This document shows, one piece after another, positions 34,666 through 46,600 of a stretch of DNA of 64,000 bases. The stretch is taken from contig OZ251248.1 of assembly GCA_965240325.2 (NCBI GenBank), positions 496,001 to 560,000 on the forward strand. The letters run 5' to 3'. The translations under genes and the position numbers were made by a program. A model generated the notes under the pieces. The model did no database searches and was not told the DNA's origin. It was given only the letters and a program-made list of their open reading frames with translations. This DNA is from Rebecca billardiae RCC1528. Its lineage: Eukaryota > Protista > Haptophyta. The number at the start of each line of letters is the position of its first letter. Position 1 is the first letter of the stretch.

Positions 34666-37600
34666 TCCGCTCGCGCCGCCGCCGCCGCTGTCAACGTCGG
34701 GCGACGGGGGCGGCGCGGCGAGCGAGAGCGCGGCGAACTCGGTGAGGTGCGTGCACGCGCAGCGCACGAGGTCCTCGCTCTCCGACACCTCCGCCTCGCA
34801 CCCGCGCGTGCTCCACGCGCCCGCGCCGCCGGCGGCGCGCCCATCCCACCAGCCACACCCGGCCACCAGCGTGCAGGCGGCGCCGTGGTACCATGGGGGT
34901 TGCGCGTCGCACGCGCACGTGCCGTTGACGCACGCGCCGCGGGCGGAGCAGCCGCCCAGCGCGTCGCACGAGCCGTCGGCGCGCGGCGAGGCCGCGCTCG
35001 CGCCGCGCGGCACCTCGCGCGGCAGCGCCAGCCGCACCGGACTGCCGAGTCCGGAGAGGCGCAGCTCCGCGCCCGACGCGGCCGAAGCAATTTTGATCGA
35101 GAGCAGGTGCGACTGCAGGGTCGAAGCGGCGGCGTCGGTCTCGGGGTAGCCGGTGGCGGGGCGCGGCGGCGGCGCGCGGAGGTTGGCGCCGCCGAACGAC
35201 GCGAGCAGCACGTCCACGCCCGCGCCGAGCAGCGCCGCCTCCGCGCCCTCGCCGCCCGCCGCCGCCCGGACTCCGAGCAGCAAATCGCTCGGCAGCTCCA
35301 GCTGAGCGCCCGCGCCGCTCGGGCCGAGAAGGCCGCCGACGGTGGCGCTGGCGCCGAGCAGCGTCGCGCCGGAGGCGTCGAGCGCGTCGGCGTCGAGGCG
35401 CGCCGCCGAGACCGCCACGTCCGCGCTGCGCACGCCGCGCCCCGCCTCGCCCGCGAGCGCGCCGACGAGGAGCGCGCGCGCGAGGCTGTCCGCAACGCTC
35501 GCCGCGGCCGCGGGCTCGGCGATCGTGCGGACGCCTGCGCGGAGGGTGAGGGCGAGTGCCTCGGCGACGGAGGCGGCGGTGGGGTCGTCGACGCCCGTCG
35601 CGCCCGCCGCCTGCGCCGCGATCCCATCGAGCAGCCCGAGCGCCGTGTCCTGCGGCCCGCCCACCAGTAGGGAGCCGCCGCCGCCGCCGCCGTCGCCGTC
35701 GCCGCCGCCGCCCGAGCCGAGCCGCAGCACGCCTGCGACGACTGCGGCCAGCTGGCGGCGCGTGTCCGGCGTGGAGGCGCTGGTGGCGGCGACGTCGGCG
35801 GCGACGCCGAGCATCGCGCCGAGCACGGACCCGTCGGCCGCGCTGCCGTTGCTCGCGCCCGTCGCGTTGGCCGCGGCCCCGCCGGCCGCCTGCAGCGCGC
35901 GCGCGCGGCGCGCGCCGCCGGCCGCGGCGGCGGCCGCCGCCGCCGCGCCGGCGGCGCCGTCACACGTCGCGCTGGCGTTGGGCGGGACGACGGAGGTGAG
36001 CGCGACGAGCATCTGCAGCGCCTGCGCGCCCGAGCCCACCGCCACCGCCACGCCCGCCGCGTCGAGCGCCGCCGACACCTCGTCGCAGCTCAGCGCCTCC
36101 GCGGGCGCGGCCGCGTCGACGGGCGCGGCCGCGCGCGCGGCGCCGCCCCAGTAATCCCACACGGTCGCCCAGACGGTGTGCGCGCCGAGCGGGAGGATGG
36201 CCTGCGCGGCGGCGGCGGAGGAGCGCTCGGTGAGCGGCGACGCGTCGGCGACGCCGCCGCCGCGCGGCGCCAGCTCGAAGCGGTACGCCAGCGGCAGGTC
36301 CTCCGCGTCGTCCGTCCAACCGAGCGCGCTCAGCTCGAACGCCGTCGACAGCGCCACGCCGGCCGCGGGCGAAACCGCCACGGCGCCGCCGTACGGCGCG
36401 CGGTTGATCTGGACGACGAGCTCGGCGAGCGCGGGCTCGGGCGCGTCGGAGAGCTCGACGGTGAGCGCGAACGCGTACGTCGCGCCGGGCGTGAGCACGC
36501 CCGAGCGGAACGCGAGCGAGAGCTGCGCCGCGCCCGTCGTCGTCACCGCGACGCTGTCGTCGAGGTCGAGCGAGGCGTCGGCGCGCAGCCGGCGCGCGCC
36601 GACCAGCTCGGTCGCGCGCCACCGCGCGCTCGCGGTGGCCTCGCCGCTGGAGACGCGCGCGGCGCTCTCGTCGTCGAGCGCGGCGGCGAGCGCGAGCCCG
36701 TCGAGCGCGAGCTCCCACGTCGGGTTGAACTTGAACGCGTCGAGCGGCGCGAGCGCCAGCGTGGGCACGCGCGCGCCCACGACGCCGACGCGCACGCTCG
36801 CCGTCGCGGCCGCGGCCGCGGTGGCGGGCGCGGAGAGGGTGAGGGTGAAGGTGTAGTTGGCGCCGGCGTCGAGCGCGCCCGGCGGCACGACGAGGAGCGG
36901 CCCGTCCAGCGCCGTCCGCGCGCGCAGCGCCGCGGTGGCGCCCGCGCCCTCCTCCTCGCTTCCGCCCTCCGGCCGCACCGCCCACGAAAACGCGAGCGTG
37001 CCGTTGGCGCCGTTGAGAGCGTTCGGATCGTAGCTGGCCGACGCGTCGAGCTCGAAGGGCGCGAGGGAGGAGACGACGCGGTCGCCGCCGGCGAGGACCG
37101 GCTGCAGCGGCAGCGCGAGCACGCGCACCTGCACCACCGCCTCCGACGCCTCGCCCGGCGCCGCGGCCATCTCGGCGCGCGCGCGCAGCTCGTACACTCG
37201 GCCGGGCGTCAGGCTGAACGGAGGCAGCGTGAGGGAGGGCAGCGTGGCGCCGCCGAGCGGCAGCGGCGGCGCGTCGGCGTCGGGCAGCGGCAGGCGTGTC
37301 TCCGCGTCGAGCGTGCGCACGTGCGCCCAGCTGAACAGCACCCTCGCGTCCGAGCCCGCGGGCCAGCACGGCGCGAGCTGCGCGACGGCGCGCAGCGCAA
37401 GCGGCGCGGCCGTGCGCGCGTCGCGCGCCGCCGGCCCGTCGATGCGCACGCGCGGCTCGGCGCCGCCGCCGCGCGACACCTCCCACGCGGCGAGCGGCGA
37501 GTCCTCGCCGAGCAGCGTGGAGCGCACGCGCAGGAGGAAGCGGAAGCGCGCGCCCACGAGCTCGCTCACCGCGAGCACCGCCGCGCCCGAGCCGTCCAGC

Positions 37601-40600
37601 GCGGCGAGCCGGGCGTTGAGCTCGTCTGCAAAGTCGGTCGCGGCCGGGTCGGCGCGCCACTCGTAGGCGAGCGGCACGATGCCGCCGCCGGAGGAGGACG
37701 AGGCGTCGAGGCGGAGGGTCTCGCCGGGGCACGCGGAGATCTGCGTGGGGCCGGAGAGCCGCGCGACGGGCGACGGGCACGCCTCCTCGCCGCACGGCGC
37801 GTCCGCGTCGAGCGTCGCGTTCACGCCGACCGCCGCGAGCTCGGGCGCGCAGCCGTCGCCGCACGCGAGCGGTCGGACCGCGCCGTCGAGGATGGCGATG
37901 GTGGCGCCGGGCGCGAGCGCGGTGGCGGCGGAGAGCTCGACGACGGCGGTGGAGTCGTCGAGCCAGTGGCACAGCGGCGGCAGCGCCGACGCGCCGCGCA
38001 CCAGCCCCACCGACTGCGGCGCGAGCAGCCGCGCGCACGGCTGAGAGCCCGACATGCGCGCGCGGTCGGTCGGCTGCGCGTCAAACTCGAGGACGAGCTC
38101 GGTCGCGCGCTCGCCGAGCCGCGCGCGCAGCAGCTGCGGCGCGCGCAGCCCGACGAACGTGAACTCGGGCGGCGCGGCGCCGCCCGGCGCGGGGGCGAAC
38201 TGCTGGCCGTTGAGCGCGACGCTCACCGGCAGCGCCGCGCCCGCCGTGCCCCAGGGGGTGAGCACCGCGATCTCGCGCGCCGAGATCGACAGCGGCGGCG
38301 GCGCGACGGCGGCGCCAAAGCGCACGCGCGCGAGCGAGCCGAGCGCCGCCGCGCCGCCGAGCGCGCCGAAGCCGGCGCCGCGCACGGTGACGAGCTCGCC
38401 GCCGAGGGCGAGGCCGCTGCTCGGCTGTACGGCCGTTACGACCGGCTCCTCATACACGGCGAACGGCGCGGCGAGCGCGCTCGGCGTCGCGCCGCCGTCG
38501 AGGCTCAGCCCGACGCGCAGCGTGGCGGGCGCGCTCAGCGGCGGCGTGACGCAGCGCGCGCGCGCGCTGCCGTCGGCCGCGCCGGGCAGCATCGCCGCCG
38601 CCGCCCAGCAGCCCTCGCCGTCGAGCACGGCGCCGTCGGCGCCGACGCGCACGCAGCACAGCCGGCCGGCGCCAAAGTCGGCGAACCCGTCGCCGAGCAG
38701 CGTGAGCGCCGTCCCGCCGCGCGTCGGGCCCGCGGGCGGCGTGAGCGCGCGCACGCGCACGGCCTCGGCCGCGTACAGCTGGAAGGCGCGCGACGCGGCG
38801 TCGGCGAACCGCGACCGCACGGTGTTGCGCCCGGCGTTGAGCGAGAGCTCGACGGTGTAGCTGCCGGCGAGCGCGCCGGCAGGCAGCGCGCACTCGGCCG
38901 TCGTCGCGTCCAGCACGCGCCCGGCCGAGACGAGCGGCTCGGCCGCCGCCGCGGCGGCGGCGGCGGCGGCGGCGGCGGGCTCGAACACGCAGCGCGTGCC
39001 GCCGAGCTCGACGAAGCCCGTGCCGCGCACGGTGAGCGCGGGCTCCGAGGGCGGCGCGCCGAGGGGCGCGCCGCGCGGGCCGAGCGAGTCCGTGACCGCC
39101 GAGAAGAGAACGAATGTGCCGTCCGCCTGCGTGAGGCTCTGCCCGTCGAGCGAGACCTCGAGCGCCACCGCCTCCGCCGGCGCGTACGGCGGCACGTACG
39201 GGAACACGCACTCGAGCTCCGAGCCGGCCGCGCCGTCCGACAGGCTGGCCGGGACGGTGCCGTAGCCGCCGAACGAGCAGAGCAGGCCGCCGTAGTCGGC
39301 GAGGCCCTCGCCGCCGACGCGCACGAGCGTGCCGCCCGCCGAGCCGAGCGGCGCGCCCGGCGGATCGACCGCGCCGATCGACACCGCGCTCAGGTCGTAG
39401 TAGGCGAAGTCGGCGGTGACGAGGATCGGCTCGGTCTCCTCGTCGGCGGCGGACGCGCCGAGCGCGAGCAGCTCGAGGCTGAGCGTCGCGACGAGCGCGC
39501 TCGGCGGCGCGGCGCACGCGATGCGCGCGGCCGAGACGGAGGCCGCGCGCGTGCGCACCCCGCCCGCGCCGCCCCACTGGCACCGGATCCGATCCGGCGC
39601 GGCCGCCGCCAGCTCGAAGCCCGCGCCTGCGATGCTCACATTCGCGCCCGCGCCGCCGATCGGAAGGCCGCGCGGGGAGACCGAGGCGACGGTGGCGTAC
39701 GCGAGCGGGTTGGCCGGCAGGGTCACTGAGAGGGCGGGCGCGCGCGAGAAGCGCGCGGGCGGGAGCAGCGCGGCGCGGCCGGCCGTCGCGTTCTCCGCCG
39801 CGCCCGCCGACGCGGCGAAGCGGTAGCACAGGACGAAGCCCGCGCCGAGCTGCGCGAACGTGAAGCTCGCCGCGCCGTCCACGCCGACCGTGCCGTTGGC
39901 GACGGCGGCGGCGGCGTCGCACGGCGCCGCGCCGCCGCCCGCCGCTCCGCCGGGCGGCAGCCAGAACGCCCAGTCGCCCGCGCGCACGCCCGCGCCGCCG
40001 AAGCGCACCGCCTCCGCCTCGAGCACCACCGCGATCACCGTCGCGGGAGACGTGATCTCGAGCGCGTCGAGATTGAAATCCGGGTAGAGCGCAAAGCGCG
40101 CGCCGGCCGCGCCGAACCGGTAACACAGCCGCAGCCGCTCGGCGCCGCCGCCCGCGCGCAGCGCAAACGTCGCGGCGCCGCCGGCGAGCGTGACGACGCC
40201 GCCGCGCGCGGCGCGCGGCGCCGCGCTCGCGCAGTCCGTCGCGCCGGGCGGCGCCCAGTACGCCGCGTCGCCGTCCGCCACGCCGCTCCCTTCGAAGCCG
40301 AGCGTGACGGCCGTGCCGACGGGCGCGCGCGCCGGGCCGACGAGTCGCGCGAGCGCTCGCACGAGCACCGTCACGTTGGGGAAGAAGGCAAAGGGCTCGG
40401 CGGCGAAGCGGTAGCAGAGGCCGGCGGGCGCGGCGCCGGCGCCGAGCGCCGCCGCCGCCGTGGGCGTGAACGAGCCGGTCTGCGCGGTGCCGACGGCCCA
40501 GAGCCCGCCGAACGCCGCGCCCGCCGCGCCGCTCGCGCCCGAGCCGTCGGCCGCGCACGCGGACGCGGTGGGAGCCCAGTGCGCCGCGTCGCGCGTGCTC

Positions 40601-43600
40601 AGCCCGACGCCGCTCAGCGTCACGCGCTGCGCGGCGCCCGCGACCGCGAGCGTCTCGACAGGCCCGTCGAGCGTCGCCACCACCAGCCGCGCCGACGCGT
40701 ACCGCGCGGGCGCGGCGCCCGCGCGCGCGGCGTGCGCATAACAGAGGCGCGCGTCGGCAGTCGGCTCGGCGAATAGGAACGAGGCGCCGAGCGCGCCGCC
40801 GCCGCCGCCGCCGAGCGGCGCGACGGGCTGCGCGCCGCCGAGCTCCGCGCGCGCGCCGAGCGCGCACGCGCCCGCGCCCGCGCCCGCGTGCGCCCACCAC
40901 GCCACGTCCCCGTCCCCCAGCCCGACGCCGTCGAAGCTGACAACCTCGGCCACGCCGGCGACCGCGAGGGTCGCGAGCGGTGCGGTCACGCTGAGCACGT
41001 CGAGGCTCAGGTTGGCGTACAGCGCGAAGGCGGGCGTGGCGCCGAAGCGGTAGCAGAGCGGCAGGCCGAGCGCGCCGAGCGTGGGCGCGAACGAGCCCCG
41101 CCCGTCCGACCCCACGCTCGCGAGCCCGCCGCGCTCGGCGCTCGGGCCGTCCGCGCCGTCCGCGTCGCGGCCGCACGCGCTCGCGCCGCGCGCGGCCCAG
41201 AAGGCTTCGTCGCCGCCCGCCGCCTCGCCCACGCCGTACCCGCCGAAGCGCACGGCCTCGGGCACCGCGGCGACGGAGAGCGCGTACCGCACCGCCGGCG
41301 AGTCGTCCAGCCCCAGCCCGCGCAGCCGCACGCCCGGGTACGGCGCCGCGGCGCGCTGGTCGGCGAAGCGGTAGCACAACACGAGCCCGGGCGCGTGCGC
41401 CGCCGTGTGCTCGAGCAGCGTGAAGCTCGCGCTCGACGTGCTGCCGTTCACCGGCTGCGCGCCGCCCCACGCGGCGCGCGGCGGCAGGTCGCACGGCGCG
41501 GGCGCGGGCGCGGCCGCGCTCGCCGCCGCCCACCACGCCACGTCGCCCGCGCCCACGCCCACGCCGTCGAAGGCGACCGGCTGTTGCACGCGCACGGCCG
41601 CGGAGACTGGCTCCGCGCCGGGCGGCGCGCGCACCGCCAGCAGGTCGACCAGCAGCGCGACGCCGCCGCTCTCCTCGTCGTCGGCGGCGTAGAGCGTGAA
41701 CTGCGGCCGGCCGTCGAACCTGTAGCACAGCGCCCGGCCGAGCGCAGCGCCGTCCGCGCTCGCGCCCGCGAGCGTCAGATTCGCTGAGCCGCCGTCCGGC
41801 GCGGCGACCACGCTCAGCAAGCCGCCCGCGGCCTCGTCCGCGCCGGCCGCGCACGAGCTCGAGCCCGGCGCGGCCCAGAAGGCGAGGTCTGCGGAGCTGA
41901 GCCACGCGCCGGAGAGCTCGACCCTCGCCAGGCCGGCGCCGAGCCCGACCGCCAGCCGGCGCGGCGCGGACGCCGTCACGCCGAGCGCGCGCAGCTGCAC
42001 GGCGCCGTAGTGCGCCCACGCGCCCGCGCCGCCCGCGGCCGCGCCGTGCCAGTAGCACAGGCTGAGCGGCACGCCCGCCGGCGCGGCGGCGCGCAGCGCG
42101 ACGCGCAGCGTGCCGCCGTCGCCCACGGGCACCACCCCGCCGTACGCCGCGCGCTCGCCGCCGCCGTCCGCGCCGCACGCCGACGCGGCCTCCACCCAGT
42201 AGGCCGCGTCGTCCGCGGCGCGCAGGCCGACACCGCTGAGGCCCACGGCCTGCGGCTCCGACACGACCGCCGCCGTGAGCGCCGGGCCGAGCACGCCCAC
42301 CGCGTCGAGCAGCACGTCGGGGTAGAGCGCGTACGCGTGCGCGCCGCCGCGGTGCGCGTAGCACAGCCGCAGCCCGAGCTCCGCGCCCGGCGGCGGCTCG
42401 AGCGCGACGCGCACGCCGCCGGCGCCGCCGGCCTCGACGATCGCCGGCTGCGTGCGCCCGAGCTCGGGCGCGCACGCGCTCGCGCTCGGCGCGGCCCAGA
42501 ACGCGAGGTCGCCGGGCGCGAGCCCGACGCCGCCCAGCTCGACCGCCTCGCCCGGCAGCCCAGCGACGGCCGTCAGCCGCGCCGGCGCGCCCACGGCGAG
42601 CAGGTCGAGGGTCACGTTCGCGTAGCGCACCGCGGCGGCCGTGCCGGCGAATCGGTAGCAGAGAGGCAGGCTGAGCGCGCCGAGCAGCGGCGGGGCGAAG
42701 CGGGCCTCGCCCGCCGCGTCGACGGGCTGCGCGCCGCCGCGCGCGGCGCTCGGCGCCGCGCCGCACGACCCCGCGCCCGCGCCCGCCGCCGCCCACCACG
42801 CCACGTCGCCCGCGCCCACGCCCACGCCGTCGAAGGCGACGGCGCCGCCGACGCGCGCAACCAGCGACAGCGGCGAGCGCGCGCCCATCGCTGGGTCGAG
42901 CCCGACGACCGCCAGCGTCACGTTGGGGTACGGCGCGAAGGGCTCGGCGCGGAAGCGGTAGCACAGGGCGAGCGTGCTCCCGAGCGCGGACGGCGGCATG
43001 CGGAAGTCGACGCGCGAGCCGGTGAGCGTCGCCTCCGCCACGGCGGCGTCCGCGTCGTTGCACGCCAGGCTGTCGAGTGGCGCTGCGCCGGGCGCGGGCG
43101 CGCGCACCCAGCGCGCGCCATCGCCCGTCGCGACGCCGACGCCGTCAAAGGCGACGCGCGCGTCGGCGCCCGCGACCGCGCGGCCGACGCTCGCGCGCTC
43201 CACCGCCAGCACGTCCAGCTGCACCGCCTCCGACAGCGCCCACGCGCCGCTCCCGTCCGAGCCGGCGCCGCCGCCGGTCTCTTGGAGTGCATAGCACAGC
43301 CGCAGCCCGACGCGTGGCTCGTGCACCGTCCACGCCGCCGATCCGTTCCGGACGAGCTGCTCGCCGCCGAGCGCGCCGAGCGCGGGCGCCGAGCAGTTGG
43401 GCGCGTCGCCGCCGTCGGTGGGCGGCGGCAGCCACTTGGCGAGCGCGGACGCGCCGGGCGCGGCGAGCGCGATCTCGGCGCCGAGATCGTGCGCCTTGCG
43501 CACGCGCGACACGGCGACCAGGATGGTGCCGTTGCGAGTCGGGGGCGGGGGCGAGGGCGGCGGCGGCGCGGGCGAGGGCGGGGGCGAGGGCGGCGGCGAG

Positions 43601-46600
43601 GGCGGCGGGGTGGGCGGCGGCGGCGCGGGCGAGGGCGGCGGCGAGGGCGGCGGCGAGGGCGGCGGCATGGGCGGCGGCGGGCCAGGCGAGGGCGGCGGCG
43701 GGCTCGGTGGCGGCGGCGGCGGCGCGCGCGGCGGCGGCGAGGGCGGAGGCGCCGGCGGCGGCGAGGGCGGCGGCGCGGGCGGCGGGCGCGGCGGCGGCGC
43801 GGGCGAGGGCGGCGGGAACGGCAGCGTGCGCGGCGGCGGCGGCGGGCTCGGCGGCGCGCTCGGCGGCGCGCTCGGCGCGCTCGGCGGCGCGCTCGGCGGC
43901 GCGCTCGGCGGCGGCGGCGGCGCGTACACGCAGCTGCCGTCGTCGTACGTTGCGCTCGGGTCGAACGAGAGCGCCGCCGAGTCGAGGCAGCCGAGGAACA
44001 CGCGCTCGGGCGTCGCCAGCACCTGCGCGCCGAGCGCGGCGCCGAGCGCGTCGAGCGAGGCGGCGCTGAGCTCGGCGAGCACGTCGACGGGCTCGCCGGC
44101 GCTGCCGGCCTGAAAGACGCGCACCACGACGCGCAGCGACGCGGGCTGCACGGCCACGACCGCCATCGACGCCGCCGGCACGCCGAGCACGCCCTCGAGG
44201 CCGCCGAGCAGCCGCGCCCGCGCCGCGCCGTCGAAGGCGACGAGCTCCATCTCGAGCGTCAGAAGCACGTGGGTGGTCGTGCCAGGGGGCGAGGGCGGCG
44301 GCGAGGGCGGGGCCGGCGGCGGCGGCGAGGGCGGCGGCGAGGGCGGCGGCGGCGGCGGGAACGGCTCCGTGCGCGGCGGCGGCGGCGGCAGCGGTGGCGG
44401 CGGCGGCGGCGGGCTCGGCGGCGAGGGCGGCGGCGGCGAGGGCGGCGGCGCAGGCGGCACAGGCGGCGGCGGTGGCAGCGGTGGCGCCGGCGGAGGCGAG
44501 GGCGGTGGCGACGGCGGACGTGAGGGCGGCGGCGGCGGCGGGAACGGCTCCGTGCGCGGCGGCGGCGGCGGCAGCGGCGGCGGCGCCGGCGGCGCGCTCG
44601 GCGGAGCCGATGGCGGCGGCGACGGCGGCGGCGCAGGCGGCGGCGGTGGCAGCGGCGGCGCCGGCGGAGGCGAGGGCGGTGGCGCCGGCGGCGGCGAGGG
44701 CGGCGAGGGCGGCGGGAACGGCTCCGTGCGCGGCGGCGGCGGCGGCAGCGGTGGCGGCGCCGGCGGCGCGCTCGGCGGAGCCGATGGCGGCGGCGACGGC
44801 GGCGGCGCAGGCGGCGGCGGTGGCAGCGGCGGCGCCGGCGGAGGCGAGGGCGGTGGCGCCGGCGGCGGCGAGGGCGGCGAGGGCGGCGGGAACGGCTCCG
44901 TGCGCGGCGGCGGCGGCGGCAGCGGTGGCGGCGGCGGCGGCGGGCTCGGCGGCGAGGGCGGCGGCGGCGAGGGCGGCGGCGCAGGCGGCACAGGCGGCGG
45001 CGGTGGCAGCGGTGGCGCCGGCGGAGGCGAGGGCGGTGGCGACGGCGGACGTGAGGGCGGCGGCGGCGGCGGGAACGGCTCCGTGCGCGGCGGCGGCGGC
45101 GGCAGCGGCGGCGGCGCCGGCGGCGCGCTCGGCGGAGCCGATGGCGGCGGCGACGGCGGCGGCGCAGGCGGCGGCGGTGGCAGCGGCGGCGCCGGCGGAG
45201 GCGAGGGCGGTGGCGCCGGCGGCGGCGAGGGCGGCGAGGGCGGCGGGAACGGCTCCGTGCGCGGCGGCGGCGGCGGCAGCGGTGGCGGCGCCGGCGGCGC
45301 GCTCGGCGGAGCCGATGGCGGCGGCGACGGCGGCGGCGCAGGCGGCGGCGGTGGCAGCGGCGGCGCCGGCGGAGGCGAGGGCGGTGGCGCCGGCGGCGGC
45401 GAGGGCGGCGAGGGCGGCGGGAACGGCTCCGTGCGCGGCGGCGGCGGCGGCAGCGGCGGCGGCGCCGGCGGCGCGCTCGGCGGAGCCGATGGCGGCGGCG
45501 ACGGCGGCGGCGCAGGCGGCGGCGGTGGCAGCGGTGGCGCCGGCGGAGGCGAGGGCGGTGGCGCCGGCGGGCGCGAGGGTGGCGCCGGCGGCGGGAACGG
45601 CTCCGTGCGCGGCGGCGGCGGCGGCAGCGGTGGCGGCGCCGGCGGCAGGCTCGGCGGAGCCGATGGCGGCGGCGACGGCGGCGGCGCAGGCGGCGGCGGT
45701 GGCAGCGGTGGCGCCGGCGGAGGCGAGGGCGGTGGCGCCGGCGGGCGCGAGGGTGGCGCCGGCGGCGGGAACGGCTCCGTGCGCGGCGGCGGCGGCGGCA
45801 GCGGTGGCGGCGGCGGCGGCAGGCTCGGCGGAGCCGATGGCGGCGGCGACGGCGGCGGCGCAGGCGGCGGCGGTGGCAGCGGCGGCGCCGGCGGAGGCGA
45901 GGGCGGTGGCGCCGGCGGCGGCGAGGGCGGCGAGGGCGGCGGGAACGGCTCCGTGCGCGGCGGCGGCGGCGGCAGCGGTGGCGGCGCCGGCGGCGCGCTC
46001 GGCGGAGCCGATGGCGGCGGCGACGGCGGCGGCGCAGGCGGCGGCGGTGGCAGCGGCGGCGACGGCAGAGGCGAGGGCGGTGGCGCCGGCGGACGCGAGG
46101 GCGGCGAGGGCGGCGGGAACCGCTCTGTGCGTGGCGGCGGCGGCGGCGCCAGAGGCGGCGTGGACGGCGGCGGCGGCGGCGGGGGCGATGGCGGAGGACT
46201 CGGTGGCGGCGGGAATGGGGGTGGCGGCGAGGGCGGCGGCGAGGGCAGCGGTGCCGGCGGCAGGCTCGGCGGCGGCGCGGGTGGCCGCGACGGTGGTGGC
46301 GCCGGGGGCGGACTGGGTGGCGGACTGGGCGGCCGACTGGGCGGCGGATTGGGCGGCGGCGAGGGTGGCGACGAGGGCGGCGAGGGCGGCGGGAACGGCT
46401 CTGTGCGCGGCGGCGGCGGTGGCGCCGGCGGTGGCGATGGAGGCGGCGCCGGCAGCGGGCTCGGCGGTGGCGAGGGCGGGGGTGCGGGCGGCAGCGGGCT
46501 CGGCGGCGGGAACGGTGAGGCAGCAGGCGGCGGCAACGGCGGCGGCACTGGCGGAGGCGCCAATGGCGGCCGTGACGGCGGTGGCGACGGCGGTGGCGTA

